Made by a program: the position numbers and the translations under genes. A DNA stretch of 64,000 bases from Adlercreutzia sp. ZJ176 (GTDB lineage Bacteria > Actinomycetota > Coriobacteriia > Coriobacteriales > Eggerthellaceae): positions 18,501 through 82,500 of the forward strand of contig NZ_JAAKEC010000015.1 in assembly GCF_011038975.1 (NCBI RefSeq), written 5' to 3'. The notes below the pieces were generated by a model. The model was not told where the DNA came from, searched no databases, and saw nothing but the letters and a program-made list of their open reading frames with translations. Below, in pieces: positions 1 through 10,919 of this stretch; position 1 is the first letter of the stretch; each line of letters begins with the position of its first letter.

Positions 1-66
1 GCAGGGGGACGGTGCCCTTCCGCCCCTTGCGAAGCAGGGCGGCACATGGCGAAAATCTGATGATGC

Positions 67-94
67 TTGACAGAGATTTCCTGCGCTATAGAAT
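67..94 (+). promoter_or_regulatory. Putative sigma70-like promoter (TTGACA-16-TAGAAT) upstream of htpG
   Basis: Read directly: ttgaca at 67-72 and tagaat at 89-94 with a 16-nt spacer, in a low-GC patch just 5' of the htpG leader. Confidence 0.4.
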
Positions 95-100
95 TCCTTC

Positions 101-127
101 TTAGCACTCGAAGGCTGTGACTGCTAA
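101..127 (+). promoter_or_regulatory. CIRCE-like inverted repeat (HrcA operator-like), TTAGCACTC-N9-GACTGCTAA
   Basis: The sequence ttagcactc gaaggctgt gactgctaa matches the CIRCE consensus TTAGCACTC-N9-GAGTGCTAA with one mismatch. It lies between the putative promoter and the htpG start. Confidence 0.5.
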
Positions 128-167
128 AACGCCTCAGCCACCCGCAAGCGAAAGAAGGACAAAGCCC

Positions 168-2132
168 ATGCGCAAGTTCAAAACCGAGAGCAAGAAGCTG
201 CTCGACCTCATGATCAACTCCATCTACACCAACCGCGAGATCTTCCTGCGCGAGCTCATCTCGAACGCGTCCGACGCGGTCGACAAGCTCTACTTCAAGA
301 GCCTCACGGATTCGAGCGTCGAGATCAACCGCGCCGACCTCGCCATCCGCGTGGCGTTCGACGCCGACGCGCGCACCGTCACCGTGTCCGACAACGGCAT
401 CGGCATGAGCAAGGACGACCTCGACAAGAACCTCGGCACCATCGCGCACTCCGACTCGCTCGAGTTCAAGGCCGCCAACGCCGAGGAGCCCACGGCCGAC
501 GTCGACATCATCGGGCAGTTCGGCGTGGGCTTCTACTCCGCCTTCATGGTGGGCTCGAAGGTGCGCGTCGTCTCGCGCGCCTACGGCAGCGACGAGGCCT
601 GGGCCTGGGAGTCTGACGGCATCGAGGGCTACACCATCGAGGCCGCCGAGCGCGCCGAGCACGGCACCGACGTCATCGTGTCTCTGAAGGAGAACACCGA
701 CGACGAGCGCTACGACACCTACTGCAGCGAGTACGGCCTGACTGACCTCATCAAGCGCTACAGCAACTACGTGCGCTACCCCATCCAGATGGAGCTCGAG
801 AAGTCGCGCATGAAGCCGAAGCCGGCTGACGCGCCCGAGGACTACAAGCCCGAGTTCGAGAACTACACGGCGATCGAGACCATCAACTCCATGATCCCCA
901 TCTGGAAGCGCAAGAAGGCCGACGTCTCCCAAGACGAGTACAACGAGTTCTACAAGACCGACTTCCACGACTTCGAGGACCCGGCGCGCACCATCTCGCT
1001 GCATGCCGAGGGCACGCTGACCTACGACGCGCTCATGTTCGTGCCGAGCCACGCGCCCTACGACATGTACTCCAAGGAGTACAAGAAGGGCCTCGCGTTG
1101 TACAGCTCGGGCGTGCTCATTATGGACAAGTGCGAGGAGCTCGTGCCTGACTTCTTCAACTTCATGCGCGGCGTGGTCGACTCGGCTGACCTCACGCTGA
1201 ACATCTCGCGCGAGACGCTGCAGCACAACGGCCAGCTCAAGGCTATCGCGCGCCGCCTCGAGAAGAAGGTCAAGTCCGACCTGGCCGACATGCGCGACAA
1301 CGACCGCGAGGCGTACGAGAAGTTCTTCGGCGAGTTCGGCCGCACCATGAAGTACGGCGTGTACTCGAGCTACGGCATGGCCAAGGACGTGCTGGCCGAC
1401 CTTCTGCTGTTCTACTCGGCGAAGCAGAAGAAGATGATCACGCTCGACGAGTACCTCAGCCAGGCGCCGGCTGACGCCGAGTCCGTCTTCTTCGCCGCGG
1501 GCGACTCGCTCGAGCGCCTCGCGCAGATGCCCATCGTGACCACGGTTCTGGCGAAGGGCTACGACGTGCTTCTGTGCGACCAGAACGTCGACGAGTTCTG
1601 CATGATGGCGCTGGGCTCCTACTCCAACAAGGACATCGTGTCGATGGACGCCGAGGGCGATGCCGAGGCCGAGCCGAAGGTGTTCACGATCAAGAACGTC
1701 GGCGGCGAGGATTTGGGCCTGACCACCGACGAGGAGAAGAAGGAGGCCGAGGAGGCCACCACGGAGAACTCCGAGCTGTTCGACGTGATGAAGAAGGCGC
1801 TTGAGGGCAAGGTCGAGAAGGTGGTCGTGTCCACGCGCCTGACCGACGCGCCGGTGGTGCTGACCACCGAGGGCGCGGTCTCGCTCAAGATGGCCCAGAT
1901 GTTCAAGGAGAACGCCGTGGGCAGCGATGAGGCGCCCGAGCTGCACGTGATCCTCGAGGTGAACGCCAAGCACCCGGTGTTCGGCACCTTGAAGGCCGCG
2001 CACGTGGCGGGCGACGACGACAAGGTGAAGACCTACACCGGCATCCTCTACGACCAGGCCATGCTCATGGAGGGCCTCCCCGTGGAGGATCCCATCGCGT
2101 TCGCCCAGGCCGTGACCGCGCTCATGAAGTAG
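168..2132 (+). CDS. htpG: Molecular chaperone HtpG (Hsp90 family)
   Basis: The translation MRKFKTESKKLLDLMINSIYTNREIFLRELISNASDAVDKL carries the classic HtpG N-terminal ATPase motif. The ATG at 168 has an upstream AAGGA RBS. The track ORF starts earlier at a GTG at 117 that overlaps the CIRCE element. Confidence 0.9.
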   Translation: MRKFKTESKKLLDLMINSIYTNREIFLRELISNASDAVDKLYFKSLTDSSVEINRADLAIRVAFDADARTVTVSDNGIGMSKDDLDKNLGTIAHSDSLEFKAANAEEPTADVDIIGQFGVGFYSAFMVGSKVRVVSRAYGSDEAWAWESDGIEGYTIEAAERAEHGTDVIVSLKENTDDERYDTYCSEYGLTDLIKRYSNYVRYPIQMELEKSRMKPKPADAPEDYKPEFENYTAIETINSMIPIWKRKKADVSQDEYNEFYKTDFHDFEDPARTISLHAEGTLTYDALMFVPSHAPYDMYSKEYKKGLALYSSGVLIMDKCEELVPDFFNFMRGVVDSADLTLNISRETLQHNGQLKAIARRLEKKVKSDLADMRDNDREAYEKFFGEFGRTMKYGVYSSYGMAKDVLADLLLFYSAKQKKMITLDEYLSQAPADAESVFFAAGDSLERLAQMPIVTTVLAKGYDVLLCDQNVDEFCMMALGSYSNKDIVSMDAEGDAEAEPKVFTIKNVGGEDLGLTTDEEKKEAEEATTENSELFDVMKKALEGKVEKVVVSTRLTDAPVVLTTEGAVSLKMAQMFKENAVGSDEAPELHVILEVNAKHPVFGTLKAAHVAGDDDKVKTYTGILYDQAMLMEGLPVEDPIAFAQAVTALMK

Positions 2133-2442
2133 CGGGCTCGCCAGGCCGACCGCGCTCATGAAGCAGCGCGCTTGTCAGGCCGTCTTCGCTGACGACGAGG
2201 GCCCTGCGACGACGAGTCGCAGGGCCCTCTGCTTGTGGGCTATGCCTCGTGCGAAACCGGCAGCATGCGCGCGGCCGAAGGGCGATAGGCTGACCACAGG
2301 TGGCGCTTCCTTCCCAGTTGAGCATAAAAGGTTTGAAAGCCTTGCTATTAGCCTCTATTACAGGAACACGCGCGCCGTGTGGCGCGGCGCGCGTGTTAGC
2401 ATGGACTCCGCACGAAAACCGAGGCGAGAGACGCGAAGGAGC

Positions 2443-3324
2443 ATGAAGGTGAGAGAGCGAAAGAACGCGTTGCTGCTGTTCAGCAAGGTACCGGAGGCCG
2501 GGCTGGTGAAGACGCGCCTGACCACGTTGAAAGACGGCGCCTTCGCGCCCGAGGTGGCGAGCGCCCTGTATCACTGCATGCTCTTCGACGTGGTGGAGAT
2601 CTGCTGTGCGGCGCTCTCCGTGCTCGAGGAGCGCTCCGAGGCGGCATGCGCGGCGGCCGAGGCGCGCGGCGAGGAGGGCGTGCGCGACGTCTACGAGCTC
2701 GTGATCTCCACGACGCCCGCCGGCAACGTGGAGGTGATGCGCAAGCTGTTCGCGGACGCGGGGGAGTGGCCGCGCGAGCTGGTGATGATCGCCGACGAGG
2801 GCGCGAGCTTCGACGAGCACTACAACCACGCGTTCGAGCAGGCGTGGGAGCGCGGTGCCGACTGCATCCTGTCGATGGGTGCCGACATGCCCGCGCTCAC
2901 CGTGAACGACGTGCTCGCCGGGTTCGAGGCCCTGCACAAGCTTGACGGCGTTGACGGCGGCGGCATCGTGCTCGCGCCTGACCAGGAGATGGGCGTGTCG
3001 GTGATCGGATGGACGCGCGCGACGGACTTCGACCACTCAGGCGTGTTCTACAACCCCGACGGCCTCACGGTGCTGCCCGCCTACATCCGGAAGGCCCGCG
3101 CGCTCGGGCTGCCGGCGCTCTACCTGCCGCCCATCCCCGACGTGGACACCATGGCCGACCTCATGCACAACATCACGCTCGTCGAGGCGCTCAACTACTG
3201 CGCGCCCTTCGACGGCAACACGCCGCCGTGGCGCACCGCTGACGCGCTCGCGCAGATGGGCTGGGACGAGGTGCGCGTGATGTCGAACGACCTGCGCGAC
3301 CCGCGCGAGCACATCGACCAGTAG
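2443..3324 (+). CDS. DUF2064 (TIGR04282-like) family protein, putative nucleotidyl/glycosyl-transferase-like
   Basis: The N-terminus KNALLLFSKVPEAGLVKTRLT resembles the DUF2064 signature (ALLvFaKaPvPGrVKTRL). The ATG at 2443 is chosen over the upstream part of the track ORF, which reads as unconserved low-complexity sequence. Confidence 0.55.
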   Translation: MKVRERKNALLLFSKVPEAGLVKTRLTTLKDGAFAPEVASALYHCMLFDVVEICCAALSVLEERSEAACAAAEARGEEGVRDVYELVISTTPAGNVEVMRKLFADAGEWPRELVMIADEGASFDEHYNHAFEQAWERGADCILSMGADMPALTVNDVLAGFEALHKLDGVDGGGIVLAPDQEMGVSVIGWTRATDFDHSGVFYNPDGLTVLPAYIRKARALGLPALYLPPIPDVDTMADLMHNITLVEALNYCAPFDGNTPPWRTADALAQMGWDEVRVMSNDLRDPREHIDQ

Positions 3325-3427
3325 GGGCGCGCTGGCGGCGGCGTGCCCAGGCGCTTGCGCTCGCGTGCTGGCGGCGCTCCCGCGCCCGCGCCCGGCCTCC
3401 CGCCCGCAGCCCCGCGTTCGCGCCCGC

Positions 3428-4309
3428 CTAGCGCGGAAGCCCCGCCAAGTTCCGGAACTGCCAGAACGCCACGGCGGAGGCGGCCGCCACGTTGAGCGAG
3501 TCGACGCCGTGCGCCATGGGGATGCGCACGGTGCAGTCGCACTGCGCGATGGTGGAGGGTGCGAGCCCGTCGCCCTCGGTGCCGAACACGAGCGCCAGCC
3601 TCTCGGCGTGCGCGAGCTTCTCGTCGTCGAGCGGCACCGAGTCGTCCTCAAGCGCCATGGCGGCCACCGTGAACCCCAGCCCGCGCAGAAGCGGGATGCC
3701 CGCGCTTGCCCAGGCAGCGCTCGGGCGGCCGGGGCGCCCCTTCGCAGGCGTTGCATCGTCGCCGATGCGCGTCCAGGGCACCTGGAACACCGTGCCCATC
3801 GACACGCGCACGGCGCGTCGGTACAGCGGGTCGTAGCAGGTGGGGCTCACGAGCACGGCGTCCACGCCGAGCGCCGCCGCCGAGCGGAAGATGGCGCCCA
3901 CGTTGGTGTGGTTCGTGATGTTCTCGAGCACCGCCACGAGGCGCGCGTCGCGCACCACCTCCTCCACGCTCGGCAGCGCGGGGCGGCGGAACGCGCCGAG
4001 CGCGCCGCGCGTGAGCTCGAAGCCCGTGAGCTCCTCGAGCGCCGCGTGCGGCGCCACGAACACGGGCAGATCGGGGCAGGCTGCCTCCATGCGCGCGATG
4101 AGGCCGTCGGTCGCGTGCAGCCACTTCTCCTCCATGAGCAGCGACAACGGCTCCATGCCTCCTTCGAAGGCGCGCTCGATTACTTTGGCGCCCTCGGCGA
4201 TGAACAGCGCGCGCTCGGGCTCGAGGCGGCTGCGCAGCTGCGCCTCGGTGAGCCGCGCGTAGGCGTCGAGCCGCGCGTTGTCGAGCGTGTCAACGTGAAT
4301 CAGGGGCAT
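3428..4309 (-). CDS. SpoU/TrmH-family RNA 2'-O-methyltransferase
   Basis: 293 aa with a C-terminal SpoU methylase core (LVAVLENITNHTNVGAIFRSAAALGVDAVLV ... ALVFGTEGDGL ... IPMAHGVDSLNVAAASAVAFW). Confidence 0.8.
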   Translation of the reverse strand: MPLIHVDTLDNARLDAYARLTEAQLRSRLEPERALFIAEGAKVIERAFEGGMEPLSLLMEEKWLHATDGLIARMEAACPDLPVFVAPHAALEELTGFELTRGALGAFRRPALPSVEEVVRDARLVAVLENITNHTNVGAIFRSAAALGVDAVLVSPTCYDPLYRRAVRVSMGTVFQVPWTRIGDDATPAKGRPGRPSAAWASAGIPLLRGLGFTVAAMALEDDSVPLDDEKLAHAERLALVFGTEGDGLAPSTIAQCDCTVRIPMAHGVDSLNVAAASAVAFWQFRNLAGLPR

Positions 4310-4332
4310 AGCGGGACTCCTTGCAGGTTCAG

Positions 4333-4520
4333 AGGGGGAATTTTGGCAGAAATCTTCAGATATTTGTCATCTGGGGAGTGCTGTTTGGGTCTTTTTGGGT
4401 TTCTGCTCTTGGCGTGCTCGGCAAAACACCAGGTCAGTTTTCCTCACCATTATCTTATGCATCCATGCGGAGGAGGTTTCCCCCTCAAATCGACAAATAT
4501 CTGAAGATTTCTGCCAAAAT
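4333..4520. mobile_element. MITE-like element: ~190 bp AT-rich segment bounded by 28-bp perfect terminal inverted repeats
   Basis: ttttggcagaaatcttcagatatttgtc at 4341-4368 is exactly reverse-complementary to gacaaatatctgaagatttctgccaaaa at 4491-4518. GAGGGGG and CCCCCTC sit next to the two arms. Local GC is far below the window average. No transposase is present. Confidence 0.45.
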
Positions 4521-4604
4521 GGCGGCGAGAAAACGCAAAGGGGCGCGCATCTTATCCGATGCGCGCCCCTTGAGGCGGCTTCCGCCGACGTATGGGCGTC
4601 GGAT

Positions 4605-4911
4605 CTAGGAGAGCGCTTCGAGCAGGTTCTTCATCTGGTTGGAGCCGAGGCCCTGGATGCGGCGGTCGGCCGGGATGCCGAGCTCCTCGAGGAGCTTCTC
4701 GGTCTTCACCTTGCCGAAGCCGGGGATGGCGCTCACGAATGCCTTGACCTTCATGCGGCCGATCACCGGGTCGTCGACCTTGTCGAGGACCTCCGCCGGG
4801 GTCATGATGCCCATGGAGAGCTTCTGGGTGATCTCGGAGCGCTGGGCGCGAACGGCGCGGGCCTTCTCAAGCGCGGCGGCGCGCTGCTCGGGGGTCATGG
4901 TAGGTGCAGCC
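4605..4911 (-). CDS. mihF: Integration host factor, actinobacterial type (mIHF)
   Basis: 102 aa: MAAPTMTPEQRAAALEKARAVRAQRSEITQKLSMGIMTPAEVL...IPGFGKVKTEKLLEELGI. This matches actinobacterial mIHF in length and motif pattern. The track ORF runs further upstream without conservation. Confidence 0.8.
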
Positions 4912-5193
4912 ATGTCAACTCTTTCTCTAAGGCTGCCGAGCAGGTGCCCGGCAGCTTCCGACGAGAGCGCATAAAGCCGCGTCACGCGAAGGCGGGGCGG
5001 GCGCGCTCTGTAAAACAAACAGAATTGATGGTACTCGAACAGGCGCGGAAATGCACTAGTTTTCTTCGGAACGGCTGCGCGGGGGCGTCCTGCTGCGCTG
5101 CGGGGTATAATGAGGGTTCGCACAGGGGGGACAATCGAGGCCGCGGCGCCGCAGGGCGCGCGGCATGGCAGAGACCGAAAGGCTCAGAAACAT

Positions 5194-6117
5194 ATGACCA
5201 GCAAGAGCGTAGCTGAGGTGACGGCGCAACGCCACCCCGACTTCGACGCGTTCGTGGCCACCATCGAGGCGCTGCGCGCGCCCGACGGCTGCCCGTGGGA
5301 TCGCGAGCAGACGCATCGTTCCATCGCGCATAACATGATCGAGGAGGCGTACGAGGCCGTCGACGCCATCGAGCGCGGCTCGGTCACGCATCTGCGCGAG
5401 GAGCTCGGTGACGTGCTTCTGCAGGTGGTGCTGCAGAGTCAGATCGCCGCCGACGCGGGCGCGTTCACCATCGACGACGTGTGCCGCGACGTCAACGAGA
5501 AGATGATCCGCCGCCACCCGCACGTGTTCGGCGAGGAGGCCGCGGCAGACTCCGGCGAGGTGCTGGGGCTGTGGGAGAAGGTGAAGCTCGCCGAGAAGGA
5601 GGCGGCCGACGCAGCCGCCGCCGACGCAGGCGACGGCGCGCCCGAGGGGCTGCTCGACGGCGTGCCCGCGAGCTTTCCGGCGCTCATGCAGGCGCAGAAG
5701 ATCTCGCGCAAGGCGGCGGCCGCGGGGTTCGAGTGGGACACGCTCGACGACATCTGGGGCCAGGTGGCCGAGGAGGTCGGCGAGCTCAAGGAGGCCTACG
5801 CCGCAGCTCCCCAGTCGAAGAGCGGCAAGATCGTCAAGAGCGGCGACGCGGGCGCGACGTCCGAGGCCGCCGCGGCGGCCGACGCCGTGGAGCTCGAGTT
5901 CGGCGACGTGCTGTTCGCTCTCGTGAACGTGGCGCGGCGCATGGGCGTGAACGCCGAGAACGCGCTGCGCGCCACGTGCGTGAAGTTCCGCCGCCGCTGG
6001 GCCTTCATGGAAGGCGCCGCCTGGGGGCAGGGCCGGCGCGTGGAGGACCTGCCGACCGAGGAGCTCGAGGAGCTGTGGCGCATGGCGAAGATGCTGGAAG
6101 GGGGCGAGGTGCGATGA
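5194..6117 (+). CDS. mazG: Nucleoside triphosphate pyrophosphohydrolase MazG
   Basis: FDAFVATIEALRAPDGCPWDREQTHRSIAHNMIEEAYEAVDAIE matches the MazG N-domain, and a second MazG-like domain follows (FEWDTLDDIWGQVAEEVGELKEA...LEFGDVLFALVNVARRMGV). Confidence 0.85.
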   Translation: MTSKSVAEVTAQRHPDFDAFVATIEALRAPDGCPWDREQTHRSIAHNMIEEAYEAVDAIERGSVTHLREELGDVLLQVVLQSQIAADAGAFTIDDVCRDVNEKMIRRHPHVFGEEAAADSGEVLGLWEKVKLAEKEAADAAAADAGDGAPEGLLDGVPASFPALMQAQKISRKAAAAGFEWDTLDDIWGQVAEEVGELKEAYAAAPQSKSGKIVKSGDAGATSEAAAAADAVELEFGDVLFALVNVARRMGVNAENALRATCVKFRRRWAFMEGAAWGQGRRVEDLPTEELEELWRMAKMLEGGEVR

Positions 6118-7007
6118 CGGCAGACGGATCGCTCGAGGCCATCCGCACGAGTGCGGCGGCCGTCTACCACAAGGGGATGGACGACGTGTCGCAGCAGCGC
6201 TCGCGCAAGCTCACCCAGAGCCGCATGCTCACGGGCAACGACATCGACGCCCTCGCGGTGCTCGAGTACGCCGCGCAGGACATCCTGCAGAAGTACCACG
6301 CCGCCATGCGCCAGATGGAGGTGCGCCTCGAGACGCTCGACCAGGATCTCAAGCTGCGCCAGCGTCGCAACCCCATCCACCACATCGAGTCGCGCATGAA
6401 GTCGATCCCGTCCATCTTCGAGAAGCTCGAGCGCTACGGCAAGTCCACCACGCTCGAGTCCATGGAAGAGCACATCATGGACATCGCGGGCCTGCGCGTG
6501 ATCGTGTCGTACGTGCAGGACGCCTACGACATCCTGAACTACCTCGAGCACCAGGACGACCTCACGGTGGTCACGGTGAAGGACTACATCGCCGCCCCCA
6601 AGCCCAACGGCTACCGCAGCCTGCACCTCATCGTGAAGATCCCGGTGTACTTCCTCGACGCGAAGGAGGACATTCCCGTCGAAATCCAGATCCGCACCAT
6701 CGCCATGGACTTCTGGGCCAGCCTCGAGCACGACCTGAAGTACAAATCGGTGCGCGAGCTGGAGGGGGTCGACATCAGCGGGGAGCTCAAGGAGTGCTCG
6801 CGCATCATCCAGAGCGCGGAGGAGCGCATGCAGGTGCTCGCCCAGGCGCTCGAGTCCGACCGGCGCGCGCACCCGAAGCCCAAGGCCGTGGACAGGGCGA
6901 AGACGCTCGACCTCAAGGCCGAGATCGAGATTCCCGAAGGCGAGGAACACAAGGTTCCCTCGCCCGCGCGCACGGTGGTTCCCCTGCGCTACCTGGGCCC
7001 GCATTGA
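6114..7007 (+). CDS. Small alarmone synthetase (RelA/SpoT-domain GTP pyrophosphokinase, RelQ/YjbM-like)
   Basis: MTADGSLEAIRT...IESRMKSIPSIFEKLERYG...MDIAGLRVIVSYVQDAYDI...KPNGYRSLHLIVKIPV...EIQIRTIAMDFWASLEHDLKYK is the synthetase fold. The start ATG overlaps the mazG stop (ATGA). Confidence 0.85.
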   Translation: MTADGSLEAIRTSAAAVYHKGMDDVSQQRSRKLTQSRMLTGNDIDALAVLEYAAQDILQKYHAAMRQMEVRLETLDQDLKLRQRRNPIHHIESRMKSIPSIFEKLERYGKSTTLESMEEHIMDIAGLRVIVSYVQDAYDILNYLEHQDDLTVVTVKDYIAAPKPNGYRSLHLIVKIPVYFLDAKEDIPVEIQIRTIAMDFWASLEHDLKYKSVRELEGVDISGELKECSRIIQSAEERMQVLAQALESDRRAHPKPKAVDRAKTLDLKAEIEIPEGEEHKVPSPARTVVPLRYLGPH

Positions 7008-7252
7008 GGCGGCGCGATGCGGCTGCGGCGCGGGCGCGGAGCGTTGGCCGCAGCTTCGAGCTGCGCTGCGGCGCGGGCGCACGACGGCTTCGCCGCCCGC
7101 GATCAGCGGCCTCGTTCGCTCGCAAACCTTACACGAATGCAACGAATGGGCGCGTTTTGCGGGCAAACGTCTTATAATTGCCTTGTCGAGATGAACGATG
7201 CGCCACGCCGGAGAGCCCGGGGCAGCGGCGCAGGGAAAGGGGACGAAGAAAG

Positions 7253-8077
7253 ATGAAGATCAAGAAGTGGGGCGCGCTCGTCGCCTGCGGCGCGCTGGTC
7301 GCGGCGCTCGGCCTGTTCGGCTGCTCCTCGAACAACGCCGCGAGCTCGGCGAGCTCCTCTGCGGCCGCTGACGGCGACGCGGGCAGCCTCACGCTGCTGA
7401 AGGAGGGCACCCTCACGGTGGCCACGTCGCCTGACTACCCGCCGTTCGAGAACCTCGAGGACGGCGAGTACGTGGGCTTCGACATCGACCTCGCGAAGGC
7501 TGTCGCCGAGGAGATGGGCCTCGAGTGCGAGTTCGTGAGCCTGCAGTTTGACGGCATCACCCCGGCCATCGCCGCGGGCGGCCAGGCTGACGTGGGCTTC
7601 TCCGGCATCTCGGTGGATCCCAAGCGCGCCAAGGAGATCGACTTCACCGACTCCTACTACATTGACGACCAGGCCGTCGCCGCCATGAAGGGCGGTGCCA
7701 TCACGCCTGACAACGCCGCTGCGGAGCTGAACAAGGAGGGCGTGGTCATCGCCGTCCAGTCCGGCACCACCGGTGAGACGTACGCCCAGGAGAACTTCCC
7801 GAACGCCACCGTCAAGGGCTACGGCAACTCCACGGACTGCTTCGCCGCGATGCAGTCGGGCAACGCCACCGCCGTGTGCACCAACCTCGCGGTGGTGAAC
7901 CGCATGCTGGAGAGCGCCTACGCTGACGCGCAGGTCGTCATCGAGGTCGCCACGGGCGAGGAGTACGCCGCCGTGGTCGCCCAGGACAACCCTGAGCTGA
8001 CCGAGGCCATCAACGCCGCGCTCAAGACGCTGAAGGACAACGGCACGCTCGACGAGCTGACCAACAAGTGGTTCTAG
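7253..8077 (+). CDS. Amino-acid ABC transporter substrate-binding lipoprotein
   Basis: Lipoprotein signal MKIKKWGALVACGALVAALGLFGCSS followed by a polar amino-acid SBP family 3 fold (TLTVATSPDYPPFE...GFDIDLAKAVAEEMG). Confidence 0.85.
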   Translation: MKIKKWGALVACGALVAALGLFGCSSNNAASSASSSAAADGDAGSLTLLKEGTLTVATSPDYPPFENLEDGEYVGFDIDLAKAVAEEMGLECEFVSLQFDGITPAIAAGGQADVGFSGISVDPKRAKEIDFTDSYYIDDQAVAAMKGGAITPDNAAAELNKEGVVIAVQSGTTGETYAQENFPNATVKGYGNSTDCFAAMQSGNATAVCTNLAVVNRMLESAYADAQVVIEVATGEEYAAVVAQDNPELTEAINAALKTLKDNGTLDELTNKWF

Positions 8078-8173
8078 CGCCACGCAGTTCCTCACGTGGA
8101 ATTCCGGGCCCTTCCCGCCTCAGTCGGGCGGGAAGGGCCTCCTTTTCTCTCGCACCTGATCGGGGGAGTCGCC

Positions 8174-9766
8174 ATGACTGATCCAACCGCATCTGCAACC
8201 GCATCTGCCCGCCGCTCCAACGTTTCCGCCCCGCGCGCGACGGCCCGCGCCGCCCGCCCGCGCGATCCCCGCCGCGCCGCCGCCCGCCGCCTCTTCGTCG
8301 GCGCGCTCATGGCGCTCGCGCTTCTGTGCGGCGCCGTGCTGGCGCAGGCCGCCCAGCCCTCAGAGGCGCTGGCGCTCGACACCGCCAAGTGCACCGCGCG
8401 CCCCAACGGCGACACGGGCTCGGAGGTCTACGGCGCCACCGAGACGCGCGTCACCTGGGAGGGCCAGGCCGCCCCCGACGAGTCGCTGACCGCCCTCGAG
8501 CTCACCATGCCCGAAGGGACCACCTTCGGCCTGGACGACGCGCGCGTGATGCTGCTGTCGGGCGACAACCTCATGACGCGCGACATCCCCGACGTCGAGT
8601 TCTCCGCTGACGGCGAGACGCTGCGCGCCGTGTTCGCCGAGCCGACGGTCCCCGGTTCCTACGTGCGCGTCGAGGTGTACGAGGTGTTCTTCCCCGCGGA
8701 GGGCGGGGCCATGGGCTTTTCTGGCTCCTACACCACTGCCGAGGGCGACACGCTGCCCATCGACGACGTCACGCCCATCCAGGTGACGGGCAAGAGCGCG
8801 TTCGACCAGCTGGTGAGCAACCTCGAGCAGCAGGAATGGGTGAAGCAGTGGAACTCCAACAAGTTCCTGCGCCTGTTCTTCAACCCGCCGCTCATCGTGT
8901 CGAGCATCCCCGTGGTGTTCAACGGCTTCCTCATGGCCATCGGCATCGTGGCCGTGGCGTTCCCCGTGGCCATCCCCATCGGCCTCCTCCTGGCGCTCAT
9001 GCGCATGTCGAAGTGGCGCGTGCTGCGCGGCATCGCCACCACGTACGTGAACGTCGTCCGCGGCACGCCGCTGTTCCTGCAGATCTACATTGCGTTCTTC
9101 GGCCTGCCGCTGGCGGGCGTGCAGATCCCGTCGTTCCCGCTCGGCGTGATTGTGCTGTCGATGAACTCGGCGGCGTACCTGTGCGAGATCTTCCGCGCGG
9201 GCATCCAGTCCATCCCGAAGGGGCAGTTCGAGGCGTCGCGCAGCCTCGGCATGAACGGCGCGCAGACCATGGTGTTCGTCATCATCCCGCAGACCGTGCG
9301 CCGCGTGATCCCCACCATGACCAGCGAGTTCATCCTGCTGTACAAGGACACCTCGATGCTGGCCGCCGTGGGCGTCATGGAGGTGGTCATGTACGCGAAG
9401 ACCATCGTGGCCTCCACGGGCTCCATTACGCCCTACATTGTGGCCGCGTGCTTCTACCTGATCGTCACGCTGCCGCTGGCGAAGGTGGTCGGGAAGCTCG
9501 AGAGCCGCCTGGCGGGCACGGCGGCGCCGAAGAAGCGCAGGAAGAAGGGCGCGGGCGCCGTGGCGAGCGCGGCAGGCGCAGGCGCTGCGGGAGCGGGCGC
9601 GTGTGCGGGCGCGGGCGCGAGCGTGGGCGTGACGGGCACCGACTCGGCGGGCGTCACGGGGCTCGCGACCGACGTGCTCACCGCGCAGCCGCTGCTCAAG
9701 AACGAGCTCGGCGACGGCTTGGGCGGCTTTGGCGACCACAGCTTCGGCATGAAGAACACGAAGTAG
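8174..9766 (+). CDS. Amino-acid ABC transporter permease with a ~270-aa N-terminal extracytoplasmic domain and low-complexity C-tail
   Basis: N-terminal TM ([18 protein letters not shown]), then ~250 aa with no TM segments, then a His/Gln-type permease core ([13 protein letters not shown]...[16 protein letters not shown]...[21 protein letters not shown]), and a C-terminal Gly/Ala-rich tail. Confidence 0.8.
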   Translation: MTDPTASATASARRSNVSAPRATARAARPRDPRRAAARRLFVGALMALALLCGAVLAQAAQPSEALALDTAKCTARPNGDTGSEVYGATETRVTWEGQAAPDESLTALELTMPEGTTFGLDDARVMLLSGDNLMTRDIPDVEFSADGETLRAVFAEPTVPGSYVRVEVYEVFFPAEGGAMGFSGSYTTAEGDTLPIDDVTPIQVTGKSAFDQLVSNLEQQEWVKQWNSNKFLRLFFNPPLIVSSIPVVFNGFLMAIGIVAVAFPVAIPIGLLLALMRMSKWRVLRGIATTYVNVVRGTPLFLQIYIAFFGLPLAGVQIPSFPLGVIVLSMNSAAYLCEIFRAGIQSIPKGQFEASRSLGMNGAQTMVFVIIPQTVRRVIPTMTSEFILLYKDTSMLAAVGVMEVVMYAKTIVASTGSITPYIVAACFYLIVTLPLAKVVGKLESRLAGTAAPKKRRKKGAGAVASAAGAGAAGAGACAGAGASVGVTGTDSAGVTGLATDVLTAQPLLKNELGDGLGGFGDHSFGMKNTK

Positions 9767-9776
9767 AGGAGCGGTT

Positions 9777-10811
<1,035 letters not shown>

Positions 10812-10919
10812 CGCGCGGCGTGGCGCGATGCGGCGGGGCAAAGGGTGCGCATGCCCTTGCCCCGCCGTCTCATCCGCCCCGGGCTCTTGAAGCCCGAATC
10901 GCCGACAAGCTCTCTTCTG

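Noticed and set aside
2369-2399. 11-bp stem hairpin ACACGCGCGCC...GGCGCGCGTGT downstream of htpG
   Set aside because: It has no T-tract and lies 240 nt past the htpG stop. It may be structural, but it cannot be called a terminator from sequence alone.
4321-4608. 95-aa ORF inside the MITE-like element
   Set aside because: It lies entirely within the AT-rich inverted-repeat element. The composition is low-complexity and there is no RBS.
5481-6113. N-terminal 210 codons of the 508-aa track ORF (Arg/Gly-rich)
   Set aside because: This portion is an out-of-frame overlap of mazG. The conserved alarmone-synthetase sequence begins at the ATG at 6114, which also overlaps the mazG stop.
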